From positions 32,071-96,070 of the forward strand of contig PKTG01000122.1 in the NCBI GenBank assembly GCA_002869225.1: a stretch of 64,000 bases of DNA. The letters run 5' to 3'. The notes beneath the pieces are model-generated. The model saw only the letters and a list, made by a program, of their open reading frames with translations. It searched no databases and was not told the DNA's origin. The DNA comes from Candidatus Muiribacterium halophilum (GTDB lineage: Bacteria > Muiribacteriota > Muiribacteriia > Muiribacteriales > Muiribacteriaceae). Below, one piece after another: positions 9,546 to 20,946 of the stretch (position 1 is its first letter; every line of letters starts with the position of its first letter). Position numbers and translations under genes: made by a program.

Positions 9546-11300
9546 ATGAATACAAAGAAAAAATCGACAAGCAGGATTATGCTGGATTATCTTTTCAGAT
9601 TTAAATTTTACATTTTCCTTGCTGTTTTGGCATCGATTCCCGTATCTATTATTAGTGCTTCCCCTGCCTACATAGTTCAAAAACTTCTAGATAAAGTACT
9701 TATTGCAGGGAATAATAATTATCTTTTAATAATAGTTGTTGGTCTTCCTATTCTTTTTCTTCTAAAAGGGATCTTTTATTTTATTCAGAATTATCTTATG
9801 GCCTATGTGGGACAAAAACTCATCATAAGTATTAGATATGATGTTTTTTCACATCTGCAGAAGGTATCTTTGTCCTTCTTTTCAAAAAAGACAACCGGCC
9901 AACTGATATCCAGGATGACAAATGATGTAAACATGGTTCAAGCAATGGTAAAAGGTTCTATGACTATACTAAACGATATTATAAGTCTTATATGTCTTTT
10001 TGGATATATATTTTATTTACATTGGAAACTCACACTTCTGGTATTTGTTGTGCTTCCTTTCATCGGAGGTATTGTGAGAAAGTTCAGCAAGAAGATAAGA
10101 AGAGTCGGACATGATATGCAGGAAAAGATGGCCGATGTAACTTCCGTCATGCACGAAGCAATATCGGGAGTTCAGATAACAAGAGCTTTCACAATGGAAG
10201 AACATGAGATAGAAAGGTTTCATAACAAGGATAGAGAGAGCATGAAGGCGCAACTTAGAGGAGTTAGAGTACAGTCAACAGTACTTCCGGTAGTAGAGTT
10301 TATGAACACTATGGGACTTGCTATTGTGATGTTCTATGGTGGACAGATAGTCATAAATGGAGAGCTCACCACTGGACAATTAATAGGATTTCTTGCAGGC
10401 CTTGGTATGACTTTTTCACCAATCAAAAGACTTACAAATATAAACAGTGTGATTCAACAATCTCTTGCTGCAGCAGACAGGATCTTTTCTCTTATGGATG
10501 AGGATATTGAAGAAGGAGAGGAAGATAAGAATATTGAGATAGATGATTTAAAAGGTAGTGTAGAGTTTGAAGATGTATTTTTTTCTTATGATGATAAGTA
10601 TGATGTGATCAGAGGACTTGATTTAAAGGTAAGACCTGGTGAAATAGTGGCTTTTGTCGGACCATCAGGTGGCGGAAAATCAACTATTGTGAGTCTAATA
10701 CCAAGATTTTACACACCATATAAAGGTGAGATCAGAGTTGATGGGAAAAATATCAATGATATAAATATAAAGAGTCTCAGGAAACATATGGCGATAGTAC
10801 CTCAGGATACTATACTTTTTACTGGTACTATTAAAGAAAATATTTCATACGGAAATCCTGAAGCAACTGATGAAGAGATAATAGAAGCTGCAAAGATGGC
10901 TAATGCTCATAACTTCATCTCAGATTTCAGAAAGGGTTATGAGACACAGGTTGGAGAAAGAGGAGCAATGCTATCAGGAGGTCAGAAACAGAGGATTGCT
11001 ATTGCAAGAGCACTTCTTAGGAATGCCAAGATACTTATACTTGATGAAGCTACAAGCGCTTTAGATTCGGAATCAGAGGCTCTTGTTCAGGATGCACTGG
11101 AGAATCTTATGGAGGAAAAGACAACATTTGTTATTGCTCATAGATTATCTACAATCAGAAAAGCGGATAAGATTTGTGTTATTGATGATGGAAGAATAGT
11201 TCAGCTTGGTACTCATGATCAGCTTATGGAAAAAGGTGGCGAGTACAGACAGATCTATAATGCGCAATTTTATTTTCTTGATGAAGCTTCAGGAGAATAG
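9546..11300 (+). CDS. msbA: MsbA-like lipid A/lipid ABC exporter (track start TTG 9510; ATG 9546 follows GGAAG)
   Basis: 6-TM exporter domain plus NBD with Walker A GPSGGGKST, signature LSGGQKQR and Walker B ILILDEATSALD. Confidence 0.85.
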   Translation: MNTKKKSTSRIMLDYLFRFKFYIFLAVLASIPVSIISASPAYIVQKLLDKVLIAGNNNYLLIIVVGLPILFLLKGIFYFIQNYLMAYVGQKLIISIRYDVFSHLQKVSLSFFSKKTTGQLISRMTNDVNMVQAMVKGSMTILNDIISLICLFGYIFYLHWKLTLLVFVVLPFIGGIVRKFSKKIRRVGHDMQEKMADVTSVMHEAISGVQITRAFTMEEHEIERFHNKDRESMKAQLRGVRVQSTVLPVVEFMNTMGLAIVMFYGGQIVINGELTTGQLIGFLAGLGMTFSPIKRLTNINSVIQQSLAAADRIFSLMDEDIEEGEEDKNIEIDDLKGSVEFEDVFFSYDDKYDVIRGLDLKVRPGEIVAFVGPSGGGKSTIVSLIPRFYTPYKGEIRVDGKNINDINIKSLRKHMAIVPQDTILFTGTIKENISYGNPEATDEEIIEAAKMANAHNFISDFRKGYETQVGERGAMLSGGQKQRIAIARALLRNAKILILDEATSALDSESEALVQDALENLMEEKTTFVIAHRLSTIRKADKICVIDDGRIVQLGTHDQLMEKGGEYRQIYNAQFYFLDEASGE

Positions 11301-11302
11301 TA

Positions 11303-11932
11303 ATGAAAACTTTTCTTATGTTAAACCTGTTCAGGTTAATAACATGGCTTTTATGGAAAACCGTTCGTTTGGAAGTAATAGGAAGAGACTTTAGAGACGA
11401 TCTTATAACATCTAAAAAGAGTTTTATCCTTTGTTTCTGGCATGGAGAACAGTTTGCCTTGACAAGATATATGAGCGATGCAGGACTTTTTATTCTAACA
11501 TCGTTATCTAAAGATGGAGAACTGCAGACCAGATTTTTAAACGGTTTAGGTTATAGATGTGTAAGAGGATCCAGTTCTCGTGGTGGTATGAAAGCACTCT
11601 TAAAACTTATAAAGCTTACAAAACAATACGATTATTCACCTGTTGCTATGGCAGTTGATGGACCAAGAGGTCCTATTTATAAACCAAAGGAAGGTTTTAT
11701 TCTTCTTGCTAAAAAAACGGGAATGCCATTTTTACCCGTTCGTGTTAAATATCATAATGGACATACATTTTCTAAAGCCTGGGATAAATATCAGATACCC
11801 AAACCTTTTTCTAAGGTCAGTATTATTTTTTCTGAAAGCTATGTACCTTCAGATAATATGAATAATGAAGATATAATTAATGATTTTAATATCAGGATGG
11901 AAAAACTTGGAGAAGAAGTAGATATTTCCTAA
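11303..11932 (+). CDS. DUF374 / lysophospholipid-acyltransferase-like protein
   Basis: FWHGEQF ... VDGPRGPIYKPKEGFILLAKKTGMPFLPV pattern typical of DUF374 proteins found beside msbA/kdtA. Confidence 0.65.
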   Translation: MKTFLMLNLFRLITWLLWKTVRLEVIGRDFRDDLITSKKSFILCFWHGEQFALTRYMSDAGLFILTSLSKDGELQTRFLNGLGYRCVRGSSSRGGMKALLKLIKLTKQYDYSPVAMAVDGPRGPIYKPKEGFILLAKKTGMPFLPVRVKYHNGHTFSKAWDKYQIPKPFSKVSIIFSESYVPSDNMNNEDIINDFNIRMEKLGEEVDIS

Positions 11933-11976
11933 AGTGTAAGACTAAAGAACACGATAGAAGCCGATAAGATGAGATG

Positions 11977-12017
11977 TTTCGAAAATTCTTTTAGTCGTGA
12001 AGTCTATATGTCGGAAC
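11977..12017. repeat. Intergenic element related to 49010-49046 (core AGTCGTGAAGTCTATATGTCGGAAC)
   Basis: 20 of 25 core positions match AGTCGTAAAGTCGATTAGTCGGAAT at 49022-49046. Both copies are preceded by TTTC(C)GAAAA. Confidence 0.45.
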
Positions 12018-12032
12018 TTTAATAAACGTGAC

Positions 12033-12061
12033 TTGTTTACTTTTTAAATTACGAGTATCAT
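12033..12061 (+). promoter_or_regulatory. Candidate sigma70-type promoter for pyrG (TTGTTT - 17 nt - TATCAT)
   Basis: Hexamers with 17-nt spacing about 40 nt upstream of RBS AAGAGGGG and ATG 12099. The AT-rich background makes chance matches common. Confidence 0.3.
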
Positions 12062-12086
12062 AATACAAATTGAAATAAAGTTATAA

Positions 12087-13697
<1,611 letters not shown>

Positions 13698-13705
13698 AGG
13701 AAGAG

Positions 13706-14866
13706 TTGATGCTTAACCTGGAAAAAGTTGTCTTTATATCCGACGATCTTACTGGAGCAGGGGATCTGGCTACAATGCTCTCTAATAGATCAGAAGATAT
13801 ATTCATTTACTCGACCCCTAGGGAAACGCGGAAAAAGTGGTTAATATATGATACTGAGACTAGAAATCTTTCCAAGGCTGAGACTATAAGAAAATTAAGA
13901 CAGTTTAAAAAAATATCTGATAAACAAATTATTATAAAGAAAATCGACTCTACTTTAAGAGGGAATATTAAAGTGGAAAGCGAATTGTTTTTAGATTGGT
14001 TTCCTGACCTGACTATATATTTCATTCCAGCATTTCCTAAGATGAACAGGATCACAATTGACGGTGTTCATCATATAGATAACAAAAAAGCTTTGAGTTC
14101 TGAATATGCAAGAGATTGTAATAATCCACCTGAATTTGAAATGCTTAAAGATTATGCACCTGAAGGTATCGAAGCTTTTAATGTCAACCTTGATTCTTTA
14201 AAAAAAATATCAGCTAAAGAACTTGAAGGTCATTTTATCTGTATTGATTGCTCAAGTGAAGAAGAACTTAAAGATATTGCCAATATAATATCCGAAAATT
14301 CTAAAAAACATAAAAGGACTATGATACAGGGAGCTTCAGCTGTTAATAATTATATTGAATTTAAAAAAGAGCGGTCTTCTTTCAGGAAGAAGAAAATAAT
14401 AAGACTTCAGACACTTTTTTTCTGTGGTTCGCTTAACCCATTGAATAGGGAACTATCAAAAAGATTTGGAATGAAAGAGATAATAGTGGATGAGGACCTT
14501 CTTCTTGGTTTCGATGAATATACTCATAACCTGAGGATGCACATAAACAGGCATCTTATTTTTGGTAGGAATGTTGCTGTCTTTTATAGCGGTCAGAAGG
14601 TTTTATATGGAAAATCCGATCTTTTGGATGATAGATTAGGAAAACTCTTTTCTCAGGTCTACACTCTAGCACCAAGAGTTTTAATATCAGGTGGAAATAC
14701 TGCAGTAGCCTGTTTGAATAATATTGACCTTTATTATTTTAAACTCGATAACATATTGGGTACAGGTATTGCCAGTTTGTCATCGAATAATACATCATTT
14801 ATAATTAAACCCGGTGGTTTTGGAGACGTTCGTCTGTTTTCAAAAATAATGGAGGATCAGAGTTGA
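13706..14866 (+). CDS. Four-carbon acid sugar kinase family protein (DUF1537)
   Basis: N-terminal FISDDLTGAGD motif and size (386 aa) fit the family. Substrate unknown. Confidence 0.55.
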   Translation: MMLNLEKVVFISDDLTGAGDLATMLSNRSEDIFIYSTPRETRKKWLIYDTETRNLSKAETIRKLRQFKKISDKQIIIKKIDSTLRGNIKVESELFLDWFPDLTIYFIPAFPKMNRITIDGVHHIDNKKALSSEYARDCNNPPEFEMLKDYAPEGIEAFNVNLDSLKKISAKELEGHFICIDCSSEEELKDIANIISENSKKHKRTMIQGASAVNNYIEFKKERSSFRKKKIIRLQTLFFCGSLNPLNRELSKRFGMKEIIVDEDLLLGFDEYTHNLRMHINRHLIFGRNVAVFYSGQKVLYGKSDLLDDRLGKLFSQVYTLAPRVLISGGNTAVACLNNIDLYYFKLDNILGTGIASLSSNNTSFIIKPGGFGDVRLFSKIMEDQS

Positions 14867-16425
14867 AAAACAAAACATTAAGCTTTTTTATTTGTGCTGT
14901 CATCTTGGTATTTCCTTTTTCCATATTAAGTATGTAATTTGATATGGGAACTATTGAAGTACATGATATAAAAGCCGTTATAGATCAGGATAGTTTCTCG
15001 GAAAAGTCCAGATTCGTATTTGAGGAAAGTAAGTTCATTCCAGATGAAAATATCAAAAAGGATATTGACTTATCTGGTGAATTATCGGAACTTAGAGATT
15101 TTAATAGAAGTAAATGGATAAAGATACTTATAGGAGATTATTCTCTTGAGGATATTTTAATAGGTTATGAACAAAAGGAACTTAACTATCTTTGGAAAGG
15201 TGAGTTTTCATCTTTTAACAAGGATGTTTATAGACTGCCAACGAAAGATATAAAGAAAAATCAGTTAAAGATACTTTATGATTATTCCTATGGGAAATTG
15301 AGTTTTTCAACTGAAAGTCTTTTTTCTGAAGAAAAAAGGTATTTTGCCGGAAGTGACAATTCACCATTAAACAGTTATTTTGTAAGACACAAAAAGACTT
15401 TTTTAAGTGGTAATTTTTATACACCTGTTATTAGAGGGTGGAATCTAAATGGGTTTATAGATCTGGAGGAAAAAGAAGTCAAAAAGGAATGGGTTCCATT
15501 GAATTTGGGAACGTATGACAATAATGCCATCTCTATTTCGGGTCAAAAAGAATTTGATTTATGGAAAAACATTTTTGCCAATCTTGAACTTACCTTTAAT
15601 ATGGACAATATAAAGTTTAAGGGGATGGAAAGAGATGCTGATGGCTTTTCAATCAATACTACTTTTAATATATCCAATCCGGATTTTAGTGTTATTTCAA
15701 GATTGTATATTGTAAAAAAAGGAATAAATGAAAAAGATGCATTTTCTGTAGAATATATAAAATATCTAAATGAGGATAATACTTTTGGTATAGTTGCTGG
15801 TAGAGAATATAAGGATCATACTTTTAATGACCTTTATTTTTCAAATAATATTATCTTATCAAATAATATCTTAGATGTACGTGGTGAGGAACATGATAAA
15901 TTCGAGTTATATTATGGTTTTAATATTGATGGTTGGGAATCTAAACTGACTTTAGGAGTCAGTTCTATATCAGATCTTCTATATTTCTATGATATAAACA
16001 GCAATGACAGAAAAGTTTATCCAGCATATATGAAGGATATTGATAGAACGAAAATAATGTTTGAGTCTTCTAAGGATATTGATGAGGTATCAAGTCTTAC
16101 ATTAAGATTCGATTCAAATAATGATGAAAATATAGTCCCTTATGTACCTGAAAATAGATTTAAAGCGAATTATTCATATGAGTATTCTCAAAATACTCTT
16201 TTTGATCTAGGAGTTGAGTTTATCGGGCAGTACTATAATATGATTGGAGGCGGTTTAAAAAACGATTCAAGGATAATTTTAGATCTTGATCTTAAAAATA
16301 CGATTAAAGATAATACAACACTGCTTCTATCTATAAATAATATCCTTGATGATGAAAATAAATTGAAACCTGGATTTTCAGAAATAGGTAGAAATATTGA
16401 ATTAGGGATAGAACATATTTTTTAA
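14863..16425 (+). pseudogene. Outer-membrane beta-barrel protein (TonB-dependent-receptor-like C-terminus) with an in-frame TAA at 14935-14937 between signal peptide and mature part
   Basis: TTG 14863 opens a signal peptide (KNKTLSFFICAVILVFPFSILSM), then TAA, then the same frame continues into the 14944 ORF. C-terminus ...GRNIELGIEHIF ends in Phe like OM barrels. Sits directly upstream of exbB-exbD-tonB. Confidence 0.6.
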
Positions 16426-16437
16426 TGGAGGAGTTTT

Positions 16438-17040
16438 ATGGAACTGTTAGCTAAAGGTGGTTTTTTTATGTTTCCACTCGTTGTTTGTTCGGTGCTTGCA
16501 CTAGCAATATTTGTGGAAAGACTCTTATATCTTAAAAGGACTCGTATTGACAGCGAATCTTTGATGACAAGAATAAGAGAGGTTATAGAAGCTGGTAAGG
16601 TCGAACTTGCTATTCATACTTGTAAGAGAGCTGATACTCCGCTTTCAAGAATATTACTAGCAGGTATCAAGAATTTCAATAAAGATTCCGAGACAATAAA
16701 AGCATCGATCGAACAGGCTTCACTTGAGGAACTTCCAGATCTTGAGAAGTTCGTTCCTGCTTTAGGTACAATAGCCCAGATAGCTCCGCTTATTGGATTT
16801 TTAGGAACTGTTACTGGAATGATAAAATCCTTTAATGTTGTTGCGAGTCAGGGACTAGGAAATGATCCTAAAGCTCTTGCAGGTGGTATAGCTGAAGCAC
16901 TTATAACAACTGCCACCGGACTTATTGTCGCTATTCCTGCTTTTGTACTTTATAATTATCTGACAAATACTATAGATAAATTCTTGCTTGAGATTGAAAG
17001 AAGGAGTATGGAAGTAGTAAGTATACTTGATAAGGAGTAA
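16438..17040 (+). CDS. exbB: MotA/TolQ/ExbB family proton channel
   Basis: 3 TM helices with GFLGTVTGMI and EALITTATGL motifs. GGAGG RBS. Confidence 0.9.
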   Translation: MELLAKGGFFMFPLVVCSVLALAIFVERLLYLKRTRIDSESLMTRIREVIEAGKVELAIHTCKRADTPLSRILLAGIKNFNKDSETIKASIEQASLEELPDLEKFVPALGTIAQIAPLIGFLGTVTGMIKSFNVVASQGLGNDPKALAGGIAEALITTATGLIVAIPAFVLYNYLTNTIDKFLLEIERRSMEVVSILDKE

Positions 17041-17043
17041 TTA

Positions 17044-17472
17044 ATGGAAAGATTTAAACGACGAAGAAAAAAGAATACTATACTGTCAATAGAAAGTGTT
17101 GCTATGACAGATGTCGTGTTTTTGCTTTTAATCTTCTTTATGCTCTCTACTACTTTTGTATCTCTAGATAATGGTGTTAAGATAGACCTTCCATCCGGAG
17201 GACTAAAAAATATCAAGGTCATTGATGAGATCAATCTTAAGATAAGTAAAGATGGCTCTGTATTCTTTCATGGTAGAAAGCTTGATGAAGATTTTGATAG
17301 AATAGTTCAGGCTGCGCTTAGAAATAGTAATAAGAAGACGGTTATAATAAGTGCTGATAAGGATACAAGGCACGAGAATGTAGTCGATGTAATGAATAAG
17401 GTTTTAAAACTTGGTGCAAAAAGTATAGCAATAGCTACTAGAGAAGAGATAGTAAAAGAGGTGAAAAATTGA
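17044..17472 (+). CDS. exbD: ExbD/TolR family protein
   Basis: N-terminal TM (MTDVVFLLLIFFM) plus a periplasmic domain. Follows exbB by 3 nt. Confidence 0.9.
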   Translation: MERFKRRRKKNTILSIESVAMTDVVFLLLIFFMLSTTFVSLDNGVKIDLPSGGLKNIKVIDEINLKISKDGSVFFHGRKLDEDFDRIVQAALRNSNKKTVIISADKDTRHENVVDVMNKVLKLGAKSIAIATREEIVKEVKN

Positions 17473-18362
17473 TAGAATTTTTACAGGAAAATCGTGAGAA
17501 GATATTGCCATTGATGATATCAATCGCAGCTCATTTGATGATCTTTTTATTAGTTGATGAGTATATTATCCTTGATTTCAAACTTCCACAAAAAGAACCG
17601 GAATATGTATTTGTAGAACCGGTAGTGTTACAAAGAGAGAATATTGGTAGCGTGGAGGATGATCTAAGTAAACTTTCCAGTGAAGTGGATACGCTCAAAG
17701 AAAAAGAGGCTGTTGTTGAAAAAGAGAAAACAAAGAAAAAGGATATAGTTCCGGAAACTGATATTAGTAAGGTGATAGTCGAGAAAAAGATAGTATCAGA
17801 GAATAAAGATTCTAAGATGAATATAGAACTTCAGGATAATTTCAAGAGAAATATGGTTCAATCCGATGTCATAAGACCAGATTCGCCCAAAGCTCTCATA
17901 GATAAAGAAAAGGTTGTCTTAAACGATAGGATGGCTCCACCTGAGATGAAGGTTGAGAAAGAGAAGATAAATATTGCAGATATGCCTAAAGAAGAACCTG
18001 AATTATTAAATGAAAAGGAAAGTACTACAGTATCCGAGATACCTGATAATGTAAATATTGAGATAGAAAGTTTTAACAAGGAAATAAGAGAAGTACCTAG
18101 ACTGATATCGTTTAGCAAACCACAGTACCCTGACTGGGCAATTGAAGCAGAGTATCAGGGATACGTAAAGTTCAAGCTGGCAGTAAACGAAAATGGTTCT
18201 GTAGAATCTCTTGTTAAATATCAATCTGATCTTCCGTCTGAACTTATAGCCTACACTGCAGAATATGTCAGAAAATGGGTTTTCAGACCACTTATTATAA
18301 ATAAAGCTCCAATAAAAAGTGAGATACTAGTTACGATCGTCTTTCGTCTTGAGGTAGAATAA
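17469..18362 (+). CDS. tonB: TonB-like energy transducer
   Basis: N-terminal TM, a Glu/Lys/Pro-rich spacer, and a C-terminal TonB_C-like domain (PQYPDWAIEAEYQGYVKFKLAVNENGSV). Confidence 0.8.
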   Translation: MIEFLQENREKILPLMISIAAHLMIFLLVDEYIILDFKLPQKEPEYVFVEPVVLQRENIGSVEDDLSKLSSEVDTLKEKEAVVEKEKTKKKDIVPETDISKVIVEKKIVSENKDSKMNIELQDNFKRNMVQSDVIRPDSPKALIDKEKVVLNDRMAPPEMKVEKEKINIADMPKEEPELLNEKESTTVSEIPDNVNIEIESFNKEIREVPRLISFSKPQYPDWAIEAEYQGYVKFKLAVNENGSVESLVKYQSDLPSELIAYTAEYVRKWVFRPLIINKAPIKSEILVTIVFRLEVE

Positions 18363-18365
18363 GCG

Positions 18366-19595
18366 TTGATAGCATTTCCAGTCACATCAGCATGTCCTCT
18401 CAGTTGTGTGTTTTGTTCACACAATGGTAATCCATTTGACCTAAAAGTCGAGGAGATCAATTCTTATGATTCTGATCAAATACTAAAAAAAGCATCACTT
18501 ATAAAAAACAGAGAAATAGTAATAGGTGAATCTGCAACAAGGGTAATCGAAGGAGAACCCTTTTTATTTAAAGATATAATGAGGCTTATTGATATACTTG
18601 CTGAAAACAATAATAGTATATCTATAACTACAAGCGGAGTATTTTTAGATGAGAAGATCATAAAACGTCTGTCTGAGATACCGAAGCTTGAGATGAACAT
18701 CTCTGTTAATTCCATTGATCCTGAGTTTAGGAAAAAGTATCTTGGAGATAGGATAAGTAAGGACTTCAGGAACATACTTCACCTTCTTGATCTTTTTGAT
18801 GTTTCATATACTTCAAGTGTTGTGGCTTTAAAGATAAATAACGGTTTTGATGATCTGATAAAGACAATTGAATTTCTTGGAAAAAGTAAAAGTATACTAA
18901 ATCGAATTTTTATACCAGGCTTTACAAATATAAACAGAAACCCGATATTTGATTTTGATATAACTATACTTGAAAAGACGTTGAGAAAAATACGTGAAGA
19001 AAAAGTCCCGATAATAATCGAACCAGGTCCAATTGAAAAAGATATTAAAGTGCAGGCGATCCTAAAGTCCAGTGTTGCGGATGAGAATGATATTAAGTTT
19101 GATGATGTAATACTTTCTTTAAATGATAAAAGTGATCTAACAAGTAAAGATGTACATGAATTGCTTAAAGTAAATGGAAGGCATAAGATAAAAATAAAAA
19201 GAGGAAAGAGTATTATAAAAAAGGAGCTTAATATAAAAAACAATAGATCTGGTATAATACTTAAGGACAGTCCTTCAATGGAGTTGATGAAAAAAATAAG
19301 CTCTATAACAAAAGAAGATGATATCATAATCTGTTCGAGATTTTCAGAAGATTTTTTTAAAGGGATGTTTCCTTTTAAAAAAGTCCTTTCAGTTTCATGT
19401 GACAGGTTTGGAGGGAATATTTCCTGTAATGGACTCTTATCTGTGGGTGATATAAATTCGATATTACGAAAAGGTCAATGTGAATCAATAGTAATCGACC
19501 CTTCATTCCTAAATAACGATGGTATTGACCTTTTTGGACAGGATATTTATTCAATAACCTATGAAAAAGATATAAATATCAAGCTTCTTTATTAA
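18366..19595 (+). CDS. Radical SAM protein with PDZ-like and DUF512-like C-terminal regions
   Basis: CX3CX2C (CPLSCVFC) at residue ~10 and a GEPF glycine-rich motif. C-terminal FGGNISCNGLLSVGDI resembles the DUF512 signature. TTG start. Confidence 0.6.
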   Translation: MIAFPVTSACPLSCVFCSHNGNPFDLKVEEINSYDSDQILKKASLIKNREIVIGESATRVIEGEPFLFKDIMRLIDILAENNNSISITTSGVFLDEKIIKRLSEIPKLEMNISVNSIDPEFRKKYLGDRISKDFRNILHLLDLFDVSYTSSVVALKINNGFDDLIKTIEFLGKSKSILNRIFIPGFTNINRNPIFDFDITILEKTLRKIREEKVPIIIEPGPIEKDIKVQAILKSSVADENDIKFDDVILSLNDKSDLTSKDVHELLKVNGRHKIKIKRGKSIIKKELNIKNNRSGIILKDSPSMELMKKISSITKEDDIIICSRFSEDFFKGMFPFKKVLSVSCDRFGGNISCNGLLSVGDINSILRKGQCESIVIDPSFLNNDGIDLFGQDIYSITYEKDINIKLLY

Positions 19596-19628
19596 ACAAA
19601 CTTTAATGTTTACCGATAATTAGTTGAT

Positions 19629-20825
19629 ATGCTTTTAAATTTTCTTTTATTTGAACCGGATGAGAAACACGAATACTATAGTGGAATAAACCAGGGAGTC
19701 GCGATACTTATTCAGATCGCGAAAGACAATGGTCATGAAACTAAAGTATATTCTTTAGATCCTAAAAAACTCGATATTTTAGAGGATATTGAGTTGGAAT
19801 TAAACTCTTATTTTCTTATATCCACCTACTCGTTTGCAAGAGATACAATAAAAAAAGCAATTGCTGTGTTAAACAAACGTGGTTTTATGAACGTAATACT
19901 TGGTGGACCACATTTCACATTTGCTCCTGAAGACTTTTATGATGTTGATTTCCTTTGGGGTATAAGAGGAGAAGCTGAATTAATATTTGAGGATTTTTTA
20001 AATTGGAGAATCGATATAACTACCAAGGGTGTAGTTTACAGAGAAAATGATACTTATGTGGATAACGGTATTGCAGATCCAATTGAGGAAATTGAACGTT
20101 TTAAACCTTTTATTTATAAAGAACTTCAAGGAAAAGCAAAAAATTTAATAGGTGCTGAGATTCTAACATCAAGAGGATGTCCGTATTCGTGTTCTTATTG
20201 TCTGAACAGCGCTTATAACAACGAGTATGGAAGATGTTTGCTTAGAAGAAAAAGTCCGGAAAAAGTTATAAACGAGATACTGGATTATCCTTATGAATAT
20301 GATATTGTAGGATTTCATGATGATGTGTTTTCCCTTGATAAAGATTGGCTTAAAGAGTTTCTTTCCTTATACAAAAGGTTCATAAATAAAAGGTTCTGGT
20401 GTAATATACATGTCTTGAGTATCGATCAGGAAATAGTGAATATGCTAAAAGAAGGTGGTTGTGAAAGAGTGCATATAGGAGTTGAGAGTGGAAGTGAGAA
20501 GATAAGACATCTTATGAAAAGAGAGCATATGACTAATTCAGATATAATATCCGTATTTGATATGTTTAGACAAAGTAAAATAAAGACCGTGTCCTTTAAT
20601 ATTATTGGGTTTCCAGGAGAAACCGAAGAAGATATAAAAAAGACAATAGAACTTAATAAAGAGATAAGACCAGACTGGATATTGGTATCTAGATTTCAAG
20701 CATATCCAGGAACAGATTATTATAAAAAAGAATCAGAATTTCTTCAGAACTATTATAAGAGTAATGGAAATGATCTATATTCAAAATATCATGATGATTT
20801 TGTTAGCTTAGTCAGAGCTAAATGA
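19629..20825 (+). CDS. B12-binding-domain radical SAM protein
   Basis: N-terminal Rossmann-like domain, then LTSRGCPYSCSYC (CX3CX2C) and HIGVESGS. Confidence 0.75.
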   Translation: MLLNFLLFEPDEKHEYYSGINQGVAILIQIAKDNGHETKVYSLDPKKLDILEDIELELNSYFLISTYSFARDTIKKAIAVLNKRGFMNVILGGPHFTFAPEDFYDVDFLWGIRGEAELIFEDFLNWRIDITTKGVVYRENDTYVDNGIADPIEEIERFKPFIYKELQGKAKNLIGAEILTSRGCPYSCSYCLNSAYNNEYGRCLLRRKSPEKVINEILDYPYEYDIVGFHDDVFSLDKDWLKEFLSLYKRFINKRFWCNIHVLSIDQEIVNMLKEGGCERVHIGVESGSEKIRHLMKREHMTNSDIISVFDMFRQSKIKTVSFNIIGFPGETEEDIKKTIELNKEIRPDWILVSRFQAYPGTDYYKKESEFLQNYYKSNGNDLYSKYHDDFVSLVRAK

Positions 20826-20877
20826 CGAAATTCACCTGACGCGAGAGATATGACCTGCGAACCTATACCCGATTTCC

Positions 20878-20906
20878 TTGTCATTATGCCAAATTCAATG
20901 TATTAT
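20878..20906 (+). promoter_or_regulatory. Candidate sigma70-type promoter for iorAB (TTGTCA - 17 nt - TATTAT)
   Basis: Hexamers about 40 nt upstream of ATG 20947. An overlapping TATAAT lies at 20904-20909. Confidence 0.3.
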
Positions 20907-20946
20907 AATTACATCAAAAAAAACAATTGATTATTAAGGATATAAT

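Noticed and set aside
11206-11861. Alternative-frame + strand ORFs 11206..11394 and 11643..11861.
   Set aside because: They overlap the well-supported msbA end and DUF374 gene in other frames and carry no motifs.
18360-18368. The TonB gene and the following radical SAM ORF are in the same frame, separated only by TAA-GCG, so this could be a seventh in-frame stop.
   Set aside because: The TonB C-terminal domain ends where expected. A GAGGT RBS precedes TTG 18366. The two proteins are unrelated functional units, so I treat them as ordinary adjacent genes.
18779-19327. Long antisense ORFs in the track. Examples: 18779..19327 (-), 18476..18775 (-), 12446..12808 (-), 8292..8543 (-), 9100..9456 (-), 47692..47982 (-), 47979..48272 (-), 42601..42981 (+), 62388..62771 (+).
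   Set aside because: Each lies opposite a gene with strong motif support. Their translations are low-complexity Ser/Ile/Phe/Leu-rich shadows, typical of AT-rich DNA. None has an RBS or a sensible gene boundary.
20826-20875. A third copy of the CG-containing intergenic element downstream of the radical SAM gene (GACGCGAGAGATATGACCTGCGAAC).
   Set aside because: It shares only the ATATG and CGAAC words, with different spacing. The similarity is too weak to call by eye.
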